Part shown: in pieces, positions 37,901 through 50,700 of the stretch | How the letters are laid out: the number at the start of each line of letters is the position of its first letter | Position numbering within the stretch: the first letter of the stretch is position 1 | Origin: Eledone cirrhosa | Taxonomy: Eukaryota | Assembly: GCA_964016885.1 (NCBI GenBank) | Contig: OZ024741.1 | Coordinates: forward strand, 212,536,001 to 212,600,000 | Length of the DNA: 64,000 nucleotides | Direction: 5' to 3' | Translations under genes and position numbers: made by a program | Notes under the pieces: generated by a model | Told to the model about the DNA's origin: nothing | What the model saw: only the letters and a program-made list of their open reading frames with translations | Database searches by the model: none

Positions 37901-40900
37901 CTGCTGTTGTTGTTGGTGTAACTGCTGTTGTTGTTGTTGTTGGTGTTACTGCTGTTGTTGCTGTTGGTGTTACTGCTGTTGTTGTTGGTGGTGTTACTGT
38001 TGTTGTTGTGGGTGGTATTACTGCTGTTGTTGTTGTTGGTGTTACTATTGTTGTTGTTGTTGGTGTTACTGCTGTTGTTGTTGGTGGTATTACTGCTGTT
38101 GGTGGTGGTGTTACTGTTGTTGTTGTTGGTGGTGTTACTGCTGTTGTTGATGGTGGTGTTACTGTTGTTGTTGTTGGTGGTATTACTGCTGTTGTTGTTG
38201 TTGGTGTTACTGTTGTTGTTTTTGTTGGTGTTACTGCTGTTACTGTTGGTGGTGTTACTGATGTTGTTGGTGGTGTTACTGCTGTTGTTGTTGGTGGTGT
38301 TACTGTTGTTGTTGTTGGTGGTGTTACTGCTGTTGTTGTTGTTGGTGTTACTGCTGTTGTTGGTGGTGGTGTTACTGGTGTTGTTGATGGTGGTATTACT
38401 GCTGTTGTTGTTGTTGGTGTTACTGCTGGGGCTGTTGTCGTTGGTGGTGTTACTGCTTCTGTTGATTGTGGTGTTACTGCTGTTGTTGTAGGTGGTGTTA
38501 CTGTTGTTGTTGTTGTTGTTGTCTTTCTTACTGCTGTTGTTGCTGTCGGTGTTACTGTTGTTGTTGTTGGTGGTGTTACTGCTGTTGTTGTTGGTGAAGT
38601 TACTGCTGTTGTTGCTGTTGGGGTTACTATTGTTGTTGTTGTTGGTGTTACTGCTGTTGTTGTTGGTGGCGTTACTGCTCTTGTTGTTGGTGTTACTGTT
38701 GTTGTTGTTGGTGGTGTTACTGCTGTTGTTGGTGGTGTTACTGTTGTTGTTGTTGTTGTTACTGCTGCTGTTGTTGGTGGTGTTACTGTTGTTGTTGTTG
38801 TTGTTGGTGTTACTGCTGTTGTTGTTGGTGGTGTTACTGCTCTTGTTGTTGGTGTTACTGCTGATGTTGTTGCTGGTGTTACTGCTGCTGTTGTTGTTGG
38901 TGTTACTGCTGTTGTTGTTGGTGGTGTTACTGCTGTTGATGTTGGTGGTGTTACTGTTGTTGTTGTTGTTACTGCTGATGTTGTTGTTGGTGGTGTTACT
39001 GTTGTTGTTGTTGTTGGTGTTACTGGTGGTGTTGTTGTTGGTGTTACTGCTGATGTTGTTGTTGGTGGTGTTACTGTTGTTGTTGTTGTTAGTGTTACTG
39101 CTGTTGTTGTTGGTGGTGTTACTGCTCTTGTTGTTGGTGTTACTGTTGTTGTTGTTGGTGGTGGTGTTACTGCTGTTGTTGATGTTGGTGTTACTGCTGT
39201 TGTTTTTGTTGGTGTTACTGCTGTTGTTTTTGTGGTTGTTACTGCTGTTGTTTTTGTTGGTGTTACTGCTGTTGTTTTTGTTGGTGTTACTGCTGTTGTT
39301 GTTGCTACTGTTACTGTTGTTGTTGTTGTTGTTGTTACTTCTGATGTTGTTGTGGGTGGTATTACTGCTGTTGTTGTTTTGGTGTTACTGTTGTTGTTGT
39401 TGTTGGTGTTACTGCTGTTGTTGTTGGTGGTATTACTGCTGTTGGTGGTGGTGTTACTGCTGTTGTTGTTGGTAGTGTTACTGTTGTTGTTGTTGGTGGT
39501 GTTAATGCTGTTGTTGTTGTTGGTGTTACTGCTGTTGTTGTTGGTGGTGTTACTACTTTTGTTGGTGGTGTTACTGCTGTTGTTGTTGGTGGTGTTACTG
39601 CTGTGTTGCTACTGCTGTTCCTGTTGTTGTTGTTGGTGGTGTTACTGCTGTTGTTGTTGGTGCTGTTACTGCTGTTTGTGGTGGTGTTACTGCTGTTGTT
39701 GTTGGTGGTGTTACTGTTGTTGTTGTTGGTGGTGTTACTGCTGTTGTTGCTGTTGGGGTTACATCTGTTGTTGTTGTTGGTGTTACTATTGTTGTTGTTG
39801 GTGGTGTTACCGTTGTTGTTGTTGGTGGTATTACTGCTGTTGTTGTTGTTGGTGTTATGGCTGGGGCTGTTGTCGTTGGTGGTGTTACTACTGTTGTTGT
39901 TGGTGGTGTTACTGCTGATGTTGTTGGTGGTGTTACCGTTGTTGTTGTTGCTGGCGTTACTGCTGTTGTTGTTGTTGCCGTTACTGCTGTTGTTGTTGTT
40001 GGTGGTGTTACTGCTGTTGTTGTTGGTGGTGTTACTGCTGTTGTTGTTGGTGTTGTTACTGCTGTTGTTGTTGGTAGTGTTACTGCTGTTGTTGTTGTTG
40101 GCGTTACTGTCGTTGTTGTTGTTGGTGTTACTGCTGTTGTTGTTGGTGGTGTTACTGTTGTTGTTGTTGGTGGTATTACTGCTGTTGTTGTTGTTGGTGT
40201 TACTGTTGTTGTTTTTGTTGGTGTTACTGCTGTTACTGTTGTTGGTGTTACTGCTGTTGTTGTTGGTGGTATTACTGATGTTGTTGTTGTTGGTGTTACT
40301 GCTGTTGTTGTTGGTGGTGTTACTGCTGTTGTTGTTGGTGGTGTTACTGCTGTTGTTGTTGGTGGTGTTACTGCTGTTGTTGTTGTTGGTGTTACTGCTG
40401 CTGTTGTTGGTGGTGTTACTGCTGTTGTTGTTGGTGGTGTTACTGCTGTTGTTGTCGGTGTTGTTACTGCTGTTGTTGTTGGTGGTGTTACTGCTGTTGT
40501 TGTTGGTGGTGTAACTGCTGTTGTTGTTATTGGTGGTGTTACTGCTTTTGTTGGTGGTGTGACTGCTGTTGTTGTTGGTGGTGTTACTGCTGTGTTGCTG
40601 CTGCTGTTACTGTTGTTGTTGTTGGTGGTGTTACTGCTGTTGTTGTTGGTGGTGTTACTGTTGTTGTTGGTGGTGTTACTGCTGTTGTTGTTGGTGGTGT
40701 TACTGTTGTTGTTGTTGGTGGTGTTACTGCTGTTGTTACTGTTGGGGTTACAGCTGTTGTTGTTGTTGGTGTTACTATTGTTGTTGTTGGTGGTGTTACT
40801 GTTGTTGTTGTTGGTGGTATTACTGCTGTTGTTGTTGTTGGTGTTACTGTTGTTGTTGTTGTTGGTGTTACTGCTGTTGTTGTTGGTGGTGTTACTGTTG

Positions 40901-41700
40901 TTGTTGTTGTTACTGCTGATGTTGTTGTTGGTGGTGTTACTGTTGTTGTTGTTGTTGGTGTTACTGCTGGTGTTGTTGTTGGTGTTACTGCTGATGTTGT
41001 TGATGGTGGTGTTACTGTTGTTGTTGTTGTTAGTGTTACTGCTGTTGTTGTTGGTGGTGTTACTGCTCTTGTTGTTGGTGTTACTGTTGTTGTTGTTGTT
41101 GTTGGTGTTACTGCTGTTGTTGTTGGTGGTGTCACTGCTGCTGTTGTTGTTGGTGTTACTGCTGTTGTTGTTGGTGGTGTTACTGCTGTTGTTGTTGTTG
41201 GTGTTACTGCTGTTGTTTTTGTTGGTGTTACTGCTGTTGTTTTTGTTGTTGTTACTGCTGTTGTTTTTGTTGGTGTTACTGCTGTTGTTTTTGTTGGTGT
41301 TACTGCTGTTGTTGTTGCTAATTTTACTGTTGTTGTTGTTACTTCTGATGTTGTTGTGGGTGGTATTACTGCTGTTGTTGTTGTTGGTGTTACTGTTGTT
41401 GTTGTTGTTGGTGTTACTGCTGTTGTTGTTGGTGGTATTACTGATGTTGTTGTTGTTGGTGTTACTGCTGTTGGTGTTGGTGGTGTTACTGCTGTTGTTG
41501 TTGGTGGTGTTACTGCTGTTGTTGTTGGTGGTGTTACTGCTGTTGTTGTTGTTGGTGTTACTGCTGCTGTTGTTGGTGGTGTTACTGCTGTTGTTGTTGG
41601 TGGTGTTACTGCTGTTGTTGTTGGTGGTGTTACTGCTGTTGTTGTCGGTGTTGTTACTGCTGTTGTTGTTGGTGGTGTTACTGCTGTTGTTGTTGGTGGT

Positions 41701-44700
41701 GTAACTGCTGTTGTTGTTATTGGTGGTGTTACTGCTTCTGTTGGTGGTGTGACTGCTGTTGTTGTTGGTGGTGTTACTGCTGTGTTGCTGCTGCTGTTAC
41801 TGTTGTTGTTGTTGGTGGTGTTACTGCTGTTGTTGTTGGTGGTGTTACTGCTGTTGTTGGTGGTGTTACTGCTGTTGTTGTTGGTGGTGTTACTGTTGTT
41901 GTTGTTGGTGGTGTTACTGCTGTTGTTACTGCTGTTGTTGTTGTTGGTGTTACTATTGTTGTTGTTGCTGGTGTTACTGTTGTTGTTGTTGGTGGTATTA
42001 CTGCTGTTGTTGTTGTTGGTGTTACTGTTGTTGTTGTTGTTGGTGTTACTGCTGTTGTTGTTGGTGGTGTTACTGTTGTTGTTGTTGTTACTGCTGATGT
42101 TGTTGTTGGTGGTGTTACTGTTGTTGTTGTTGTTGGTGTTACTGCTGGTGTTGTTGTTGGTGTTACTGCTGATGTTGTTGTTGGTGGTGTTACTGTTGTT
42201 TTTGTTGTTAGTGTTACTGCTGTTGTTGTTGGTGGTGTTACTGCTCTTGTTGTTGGTGTTACTGTTGTTGTTGTTGTTGTTGGTGTTACTGCTGGGGCTG
42301 TTGTCGTTGGTGGTGTTACTGCTGCTGTTGTTGTTGGTGTTACTGCTGTTGTTGTTGGTGGTGTTACTGCTGTTGATGTTGTTGGTGTTACTGCTGTTGT
42401 TTTTGTTGGTGTTACTGCTGTTGTTTTTGTTGTTGTTACTGCTGTTGTTTTTGTTGGTGTTACTGCTGTTGTTTTTGTTGGTGTTACTGCTGTTGTTGTT
42501 GCTAATGTTACTGTTGTTGTTACTTCTGATGTTGTTGTGGGTGGTATTACTGCTGTTGTTGTTGTTGGTGTTACTGTTGTTGTTGTTGTTGGTGTTACTG
42601 CTGTTGTTGTTGGTGGTATTACTGCTGTTGGTGGTGGTGTTACTGCTGTTGTTGTTGGTAGTGTTACTGTTGTTGTTGTTGGTGGTGTTAATGCTGTTGT
42701 TGTTGTTGGTGTTACTGCTGTTGTTGTTGGTGGTGTTACTGTTGTTGTTGTTGGTGGTATTACTGCTGTTGTTGTTGTTGGAGTTACTGCTGCTGTTGTT
42801 GGTGGTGTTACTGCTGTTGTGGGTGTTACTGCTGTTGTTGGTGGTGGTGTTACTACTTTTGTTGGTGGTGTTACTGCTGTTGTTGTTGGTGGTGTTACTG
42901 CTGTGTTGCTGCTGCTGTTCCTGTTGTTGTTGTTGGTGGTGTTACTGCTGTTGTTGTTGGTGCTGTTACTGCTGTTTGTGGTGGTGTTACTGCTGTTGTT
43001 GTTGGTGGTGTTACTGTTGTTGTTGTTGGTGGTGTTACTGCTGTTGTTGCTGTTGGGGTTACAGCTGTTGTTGTTGTTGGTGTTACTGCTGGGGCTGTTG
43101 TCGTTGGTGGTGTTACTGCTGTTGTTGTTGGTGGTGTTACTGCTGATGTTGTTGGTGGTGTTACCGTTGTTGTTGTTGCTGGCGTTACTGCTGTTGTTGT
43201 TGTTGCCGTTACTGCTGTTGTTGTTGGTGGTGGTGTTACTGCTGTTGTTGTTGGAGGTGTTACTGCTGTTGTTGTTGGTGTTATTACTGCTGTTGTTGTT
43301 GGTGGTGTTACTGCTGTTGTTGTTGTTGGCGTTACTGTTGTTGTTGTTGTTGGTGTTACTGCTGTTGTTGTTGGTGGTGTTACTGTTGTTGTTGTTGGTG
43401 GTATTACTGCTGTTGTTGTTGTTGGTGTTACTGTTGTTGTTTTTGTTGGTGTTACTGCTGTTGTTGTTGGTGGTATTACTGATGTTGTTGTTGTTGGTGT
43501 TACTGCTGTTGTTGTTGGTGGTGTTACTGCTGTTGTTGTTGGTGGTGTTACTGCTGTTGTTGTTGGTGGTGTTACTGCTGTTGTTGTTGTTGGTGTTACT
43601 GCTGCTGTTGTTGGTGGTGTTACTGCTGTTGTTGTTGGTGGTGTTACTGCTGTTGTTGTCGGTGTTGTTACTGCTGTTGTTGTTGGTGGTGTTACTGCTG
43701 TTGTTGTTGGTGGTTTAACTGCTGTTGTTGTTATTGGTGGTGTTACTGCTTTTGTTGGTGGTGTGACTGCTGTTGTTGTTGGTGGTGTTACTGCTGTGTT
43801 GCTGCTGCTGTTACTGTTGTTGTTGTTGGTGGTGTTACTGCAGTTGTTGTTGGTGGTGTTACTGTTGTTGTTGCTGGTGGTGTTACTGCTGTTGTTGTTG
43901 TTGGTGTTACTGCTGTTGTTGTTGGTGGTGTTACTGGTGTTGTTGTTGGTGGTATTACTTCTGTTGTTCTTTTTGGTGTTACTGCTGGGGCTGTTGTCGT
44001 TGGTGGTGTTACTGCTGCTGTAGTTCGTGGTGTTACTGATGATGTTGTTGGTGGTGTTACTGCTGTTGTTGTTGGTACTGTTACTGTTGTTGTTGTTGTT
44101 GTTGTTGTTACTTCTGATGTTGTTGTTTGTGGTGTTACTGTTGTTCTTGTTGTTGGTGTTACTGCTGTTCTTGTTGTTTTTGGTGTTACTGCTGGTGTTG
44201 TTGTTGGTGGTGTTACTGCTGTTGTTGTTGTTGGTGTTACTGCTGTTGTTGTTGTTGGTGTTACTGCTGTTGTTGTTGTTTTTGTTACTGCTGTTGTTGC
44301 TGTCGGTGTTACTGTTGTTGTTGGTGGTGGTGTTACTGCTGTTGTTGTTGGTGGTGTTACTGCTGTTGTTGTTGTTGTTGTTGTTGGTGTTACTGCTGTT
44401 GTTGTAGGTGGTGTTACTGCTGTTGTTGTAGGTGGTGTTACTGTTGTTGTTGTTGTTGTTATTTTTGTTACTGCTGTTGTTGATGTCGGTGTTACTGTTG
44501 TTGTTGTTGGTGGTGTTACTGCTGTTGTTGTTGGTGAAGTTACTGCTGTTGTTGCTGTTGGGGTTACTATTGTTGTTGTTGTTGGTGTTACTGCTGTTGT
44601 TGTTGGTGGTGTTACTGTTGTTGTTGTTGGTGGTGTTACTGTTGTTGTTGTTGGTGGTGTTACTGCTGTTGTTGTTGGTGGTGTTACTGTTGTTGTTGTT

Positions 44701-47700
44701 GGTGGTGTTACTGCTGTTGTTGCTGTTGGGGTTACAGATGTTGTTGTTGTTGTTGTTGGTGGTGGTGTTCCTGTTGTTGTTGTTGGTGGTATTACTGCTG
44801 TTGTTGTTGGTGGTGTTACTGCTGGGGCTGTTGTCGTTGGTGGTGTTACTGCTGTTGTTGTTGGTGGTGTTACTTCTGATGTTGTTGGTGGTGTTACAGT
44901 TGTTGTTGTTGCTGGCGTTACTGCTGTTGTTGTTGTTGCCGTTACTGCTGTTGTTGTTGTTGGTGGTGTTACTGCTGTTGTTGTTGGTGGTGTTACTGCT
45001 GTTGTTGTTGGTGTTGTTACTGCTGTTGTTGTTGGTGGTGTTACTGCTGTTGTTGTTGTTGGCGTTACTGTTGTTGTTGTTGGTGTTACTGCTGTTGTTG
45101 GTGGTGGTGTTACTGTTGTTGTTGGTGGTATTACTGCTTTTGTTGTTGTTGGTGTTACTGTTGTTGTTTTTGTTGGTGTTACTGCTGTTACTGTTGGTGG
45201 TGTTACTGATGTTGTTGGTGGTGTTACTGCTGTTGTTGTTGGTGGTGTTACTGTTGTTGTTGTTGGTGGTGTTACTGCTGTTGTTGTTGTTGGTGTTACT
45301 GCTGTTGTTGTTGGTGGTGTTACTGGTGTTGTTGTTGGTGGTATTACTGCTGTTGTTGTTGTTGGTGTTACTGCTGGGGCTGTTGTCGTTGGTGGTGTTA
45401 CTGCTGCTGTTGTTCGTGGTGTTACTGCTGTTGTTGTAGGTGGTGTTACTGTTGTTGTTGTTGTTGTTGTTTTTGTTACTGCTATTGTGGCTGTCGGTGT
45501 TACTGTTGTTGTTGTTGGTGGTGTTACTGTTGTTGTTGTTGGTGAAGTTACTGCTGTTGTTGCTGTTGGGGATACTATTGTTGTTGTTGGTGTTACTGCT
45601 GTTGTTGTTGGGGGTGTTACTGCTCTTGTTGTTGGTGTTACAGTTGTTGTTGTTGGTGGTGTTACTGATGTTGTTGTTGGTGGTGTTACTGCTCTTGTTG
45701 TTGGTGTTACTGCTGATGTTGTTGCTGGTGTTACTGCTGCTGTTGTTGTTGTTGTTACTGCTGATGTTGTTGGTGGTGTTACTGTTGTTGTTGTTGTTGT
45801 TGGTGTTACTGCTGTTGTTGTTGGTGGTGTTACTGCTCTTGTTGTTGGTGTTACTGCTGATGTTGTTGCTGGTGTTACTGCTGCTGTTGTTGTTGGTGTT
45901 ACTGCTGTTGTTGTTGGTGGTGTTACTGCTGTTGTTGTTGTTGGTGTTACTGCTGTTGTTGTTGGTGGTGTAACTGCTGTTGTTGTTATTGGTGGTGTTA
46001 CTGCTTTTGTTGGTGGTGTGACTGCTGTTGTTGTTGGTGGTGTTACTGCTGTGTTGCTGCTGCTGTTACTGTTGTTGTTGTTGGTGGTGTTACTGCTGTT
46101 GTTGTTGGTGGTGTTACTGCTGTTGTTGGTGGTGTTACTGCTGTTGTTGTTGGTGGTGTTACTGTTGTTGTTGTTGGTGGTGTTACTGCTGTTGTTACTG
46201 TTGGGGTTACAGCTGTTGTTGTTGTTGGTGTTACTATTGTTGTTGTTGCTGGTGTTACTGTTGTTGTTGGTGGTATTACTGCTGTTGTTGTTGTTGGTGT
46301 TACTGTTGTTGTTGTTGTTGGTGTTACTGCTGTTGTTGTTGGTGGTGTTACTGTGGTTGTTGTTGTTACTGCTGTTGTTGTTGTTGGTGGTGTTACTGTT
46401 GTTGTTGTTGTTGGTGTTACTGCTGGTGTTGTTGTTGGTGTTACTGCTGATGTTGTTGTTGGTGGTGTTACTGTTGTTTTTGTTGTTGTTGGTGTTACTG
46501 CTGGGGCTGTTGTCGTTGGTGGTGTTACTGCTGCTGTTGTTGTTGGTGTTACTGCTGTTGTTGTTGGTGGTGTTACTGCTGTTGATGTTGTTGGTGTTAC
46601 TGCTGTTGTTTTTGTTGGTGTTACTGCTGTTGTTTTTGTTGTTGTTACTGCTGTTGTTTTTGTTGGTGTTACTGCTGTTGTTTTTGTTGGTGTTACTGCT
46701 GTTGTTGTTGCTAATGTTACTGTTGTTCTTGTTGTTGTTGTTACTTCTGATGTTGTTGTGGGTGGTATTACTGCTGTTGTTGTTGTTGGTGTTACTGTTG
46801 TTGTTGTTGTTGGTGTTACTGCTGTTGTTGTTGGTGGTATTACTGCTGTTGGTGGTGGTGTTACTGCTGTTGTTGTTGGTAGTGTTACTGTTATTGTTGT
46901 TGGTGGTGTTAATGCTGTTGTTGTTGTTGGTGTTACTGCTGTTGTTGTTGATGGTGTTACTGTTGTTGTTGTTGGTGGTATTACTGCTGTTGTTGTTGTT
47001 GGAGTTACTGCTGCTGTTGTTGGTGGTGTTACTGCTGTTGTTGGTGTTACTGCTGTTGTTGGTGGTGGTGTTACTACTTTTGTTGGTGGTGTTACTGCTG
47101 TTGTTGTTGGTGGTGTTACTGCTGTGTTGCTGCTGCTGTTCCTGTTGTTGTTGTTGGTGGTGTTACTGCTGTTGTTGTTGGTGCTGTTACTGCTGTTTGT
47201 GGTGGTGTTACTGCTGTTGTTGTTGGTGGTGTTACTGTTGTTGTTGTTGGTGGTGTTACTGCTGTTGTTGCTGTTGGGGTTACATCTGTTGTTGTTGTTG
47301 GTGTTACTGCTGGGGCTGTTGTCGTTGGTGGTGTTACTGCTGTTGTTGTTGGTGGTGTTACTGCTGATGTTGTTGGTGGTGTTACCGTTGTTGTTGTTGC
47401 TGGCGTTACTGCTGTTGTTGTTGTTGCCGTTACTGCTGTTGTTGTTGGTGGTGGTGTTACTGCTGTTGTTGTTGGAGGTGTTACTGCTGTTGTTGTTGGT
47501 GTTGTTACTGCTGTTGTTGTTGGTGGTGTTACTGCTGTTGTTGTTGTTGGCGTTACTGTTGTTGTTGTTGTTGGTGTTACTGCTGTTGTTGTTGGTGGTG
47601 TTACTGTTGTTGTTGTTGGTGGTATTACTGCTGTTGTTGTTGTTGGTGTTACTGTTGTTGTTTTTGTTGGTGTTACTGCTGTTACTGTTGTTGGTGTTAC

Positions 47701-50700
47701 TGCTGTTGTTGTTGGTGGTATTACTGATGTTGTTGTTGTTGGTGTTACTGCTGTTGTTGTTGGTGGTGTTACTGCTGTTGTTGTTGGTGGTGTTACTGCT
47801 GTTGTTGTTGGTGGTGTTACTGCTGTTGTTGTTGTTGGTGTTACTGCTGCTGTTGTTGGTGGTGTTACTGCTGTTGTTGTTGGTGGTGTTACTGCTGTTG
47901 TTGTCGGTGTTGTTACTGCTGTTGTTGTTGGTGGTGTTACTGCTGTTGTTGTTGGTGGTGTAACTGCTGTTGTTGTTATTGGTGGTGTTACTGCTTTTGT
48001 TGGTGGTGTGACTGCTGTTGTTGTTGGTGGTGTTACTGCTGTGTTGCTGCTGCTGTTACTGTTGTTGTTGGTGGTGGTGTTACTGCTGTTGTTGTTGGTG
48101 GTGTTACTGTTGTTGTTGTTGGTGGTGTTACTGCTGTTGTTACTGTTGGGGTTACAGCTGTTGTTGTTGTTGGTGTTACTATTGTTGTTGTTGGTGGTGT
48201 TACTGATGTTGTTGTTGGTGGTATTACTGCTGTTGTTGTTGTTGGTGTTACTGTTGTTGTTGTTGATGGTGTTACTGCTGTTGTTGTTGGTGGTGTTACT
48301 GCTGTTGTTGGTGGTGTTACTGCAGTTGTTGTTGGTGGTGTTACTGTTGTTGTTGCTGGTGGTGTTACTGCTGTTGTTGTTGTTGGTGTTACTGCTGTTG
48401 TTGTTGGTGGTGTTACTGGTGTTGTTGTTGGTGGTATTATTTCTGTTGTTCTTTTTGGTGTTACTGCTGGGGCTGTTGTCGTTGGTGGTGTTACTGCTGC
48501 TGTTGTTCGTGGTGTTACTGATGATGTTGTTGGTGGTGTTACTGCTGTTGTTGTTGGTACTGTTACTGTTGTTGTTGTTGTTGTTGTTGTTACTTCTGAT
48601 GTTGTTGTTTGTGGTGTTACTGTTGTTCTTGTTGTTGGTGTTACTGCTGTTCTTGTTGTTTTTGGTGTTACTGCTGGTGTTGTTGTTGGTGGTGTTACTG
48701 CTGGTGTTGTTGTTGGTGGCGTTACTGCTGTTGTTGTTGTTGGTGTTACTGCTGTTGTTGTTGTTGGTGTTACTGCTGTTGTTTTTGTTGGTGTTACTGT
48801 TGTTGTTTTTGTTGGTGTTACTGCTGTTGTTGTTGTTGGTGTTACTGCTGTTGTTTTTGTTGGTTTACTGCTGTTGTTGTTGTTGGTGTTACTGCTGTTG
48901 TTTTTGTTGGTGTTACTGCTGTTGTTTTTGTTGGTGTTACTGCTGTTGTTGTTGTTGATGTTACTGCTGTTGTTGGTGGTGTTACTGCTGTTGTTTTTGT
49001 TGGTGTTACTGCTGTTGTTGTTGTTGTTGGTGTTACTGCTGTTGTTTTTGTTGGTGTTACTGCTGTTGTTGTTGTTGGTGTTACTGCTGTTGTTGTTGTT
49101 GGTGTTACTGCTGTTGTTGTTGTTGGTGTTACTGCTGTTGTTGTTGTTTTTGTTACTGCTGTTGTTGCTGTCGGTGTTACTGTTGTTGTTGGTGGTGGTG
49201 TTACTGCTGTTGTTGTTGGTGATGTTACTGCTGTTGTTGTTGTTGTTGTTGTTGGTGTTACTGCTGTTGTTGTAGGTGGTGTTACTGCTGTTGTTGTAGG
49301 TGGTGTTACTGTTGTTGTTGTTGTTGTTATTTTTGTTACTGCTGTTGTTGATGTCGGTGTTACTGTTGTTGTTGTTGGTGGTGTTACTGCTGTTGTTGTT
49401 GGTGAAGTTACTGCTGTTGTTGCTGTTGGGGTTACTATTGTTGTTGTTGTTGGTGTTACTGCTGTTGTTGTTGGTGGTGTTACTGCTCTTGTTGTTGGTG
49501 TTACTGTTGTTGTTGTTGGTGGTGTTACTGCTGTTGTTGTTGGTGGTGTTACTGTTGTTGTTGTTGGTGGTGTTACTGCTGTTGTTACTGTTGGGGTTAC
49601 AGATGTTGTTGTTGTTGTTGTTGGTGGTGGTGTTACTGTTGTTGTTGTTGGTGGTATTACTGCTGTTGTTTTTGGTGGTGTTACTGCTGGGGCTGTTGTC
49701 GTTGGTGGTGTTACTGCTGTTGTTGTTGGTGGTGTTACTTCTGATGTTGTTGGTGGTGTTACAGTTGTTGTTGTTGCTGGCGTTACTGCTGTTGTTGTTG
49801 TTGCCGTTACTGCTGTTGTTGTTGTTGGTGGTGTTACTGCTGTTGTTGTTGGTGGTGTTACTGCTGTTGTTGTTGGTGTTGTTACTGCTGTTGTTGTTGG
49901 TGGTGTTACTGCTGTTGTTGTTGTTGGCGTTACTGTTGTTGTTGTTGGTGTTACTGCTGTTGTTGGTGGTGGTGTTACTGTTGTTGTTGTTGGTGGTATT
50001 ACTGCTTTTGTTGTTGTTGGTGTTACTGTTGTTGTTTTTGTTGGTGTTACTGCTGTTACTGATGTTGTTGGTGGTGTTACTGCTGTTGTTGTTGGTGGTG
50101 TTACTGTTGTTGTTGTTGGTGGTGTTACTGCTGTTGTTGTTGTTGGTGTTACTGCTGTTGTTGTTGGTGGTGTTACTGGTGTTGTTGTTGGTGGTATTAC
50201 TGCTGTTGTTGTTGTTGGTGTTACTGCTGGGGCTGTTGTCGTTGGTGGTGTTACTGCTGCTGTTGTTCGTGGTGTTACTGCTGTTGTTGTAGGTGGTGTT
50301 ACTGTTGTTGTTGTTGTTGTTGTTTTTGTTACTGCTATTGTGGCTGTCGGTGTTACTGTTGTTGTTGTTGGTGGTGTTACTGTTGTTGTTGTTGGTGAAG
50401 TTACTGCTGTTGTTGCTGTTGGGGATACTATTGTTGTTGTTGGTGTTACTGCTGTTGTTGTTGGGGGTGTTACTGCTCTTGTTGTTGGTGTTACAGTTGT
50501 TGTTGTTGGTGGTGTTACTGATGTTGTTGTTGGTGGTGTTACTGCTCTTGTTGTTGGTGTTACTGCTGATGTTGTTGGTGGTGTTACTGCTGCTGTTGTT
50601 GTTGTTGTTACTGCTGATGTTGTTGGTGGTGTTACTGTTGTTGTTGTTGTTGTTGGTGTTACTGCTGTTGTTGTTGGTGGTGTTACTGCTCTTGTTGTTG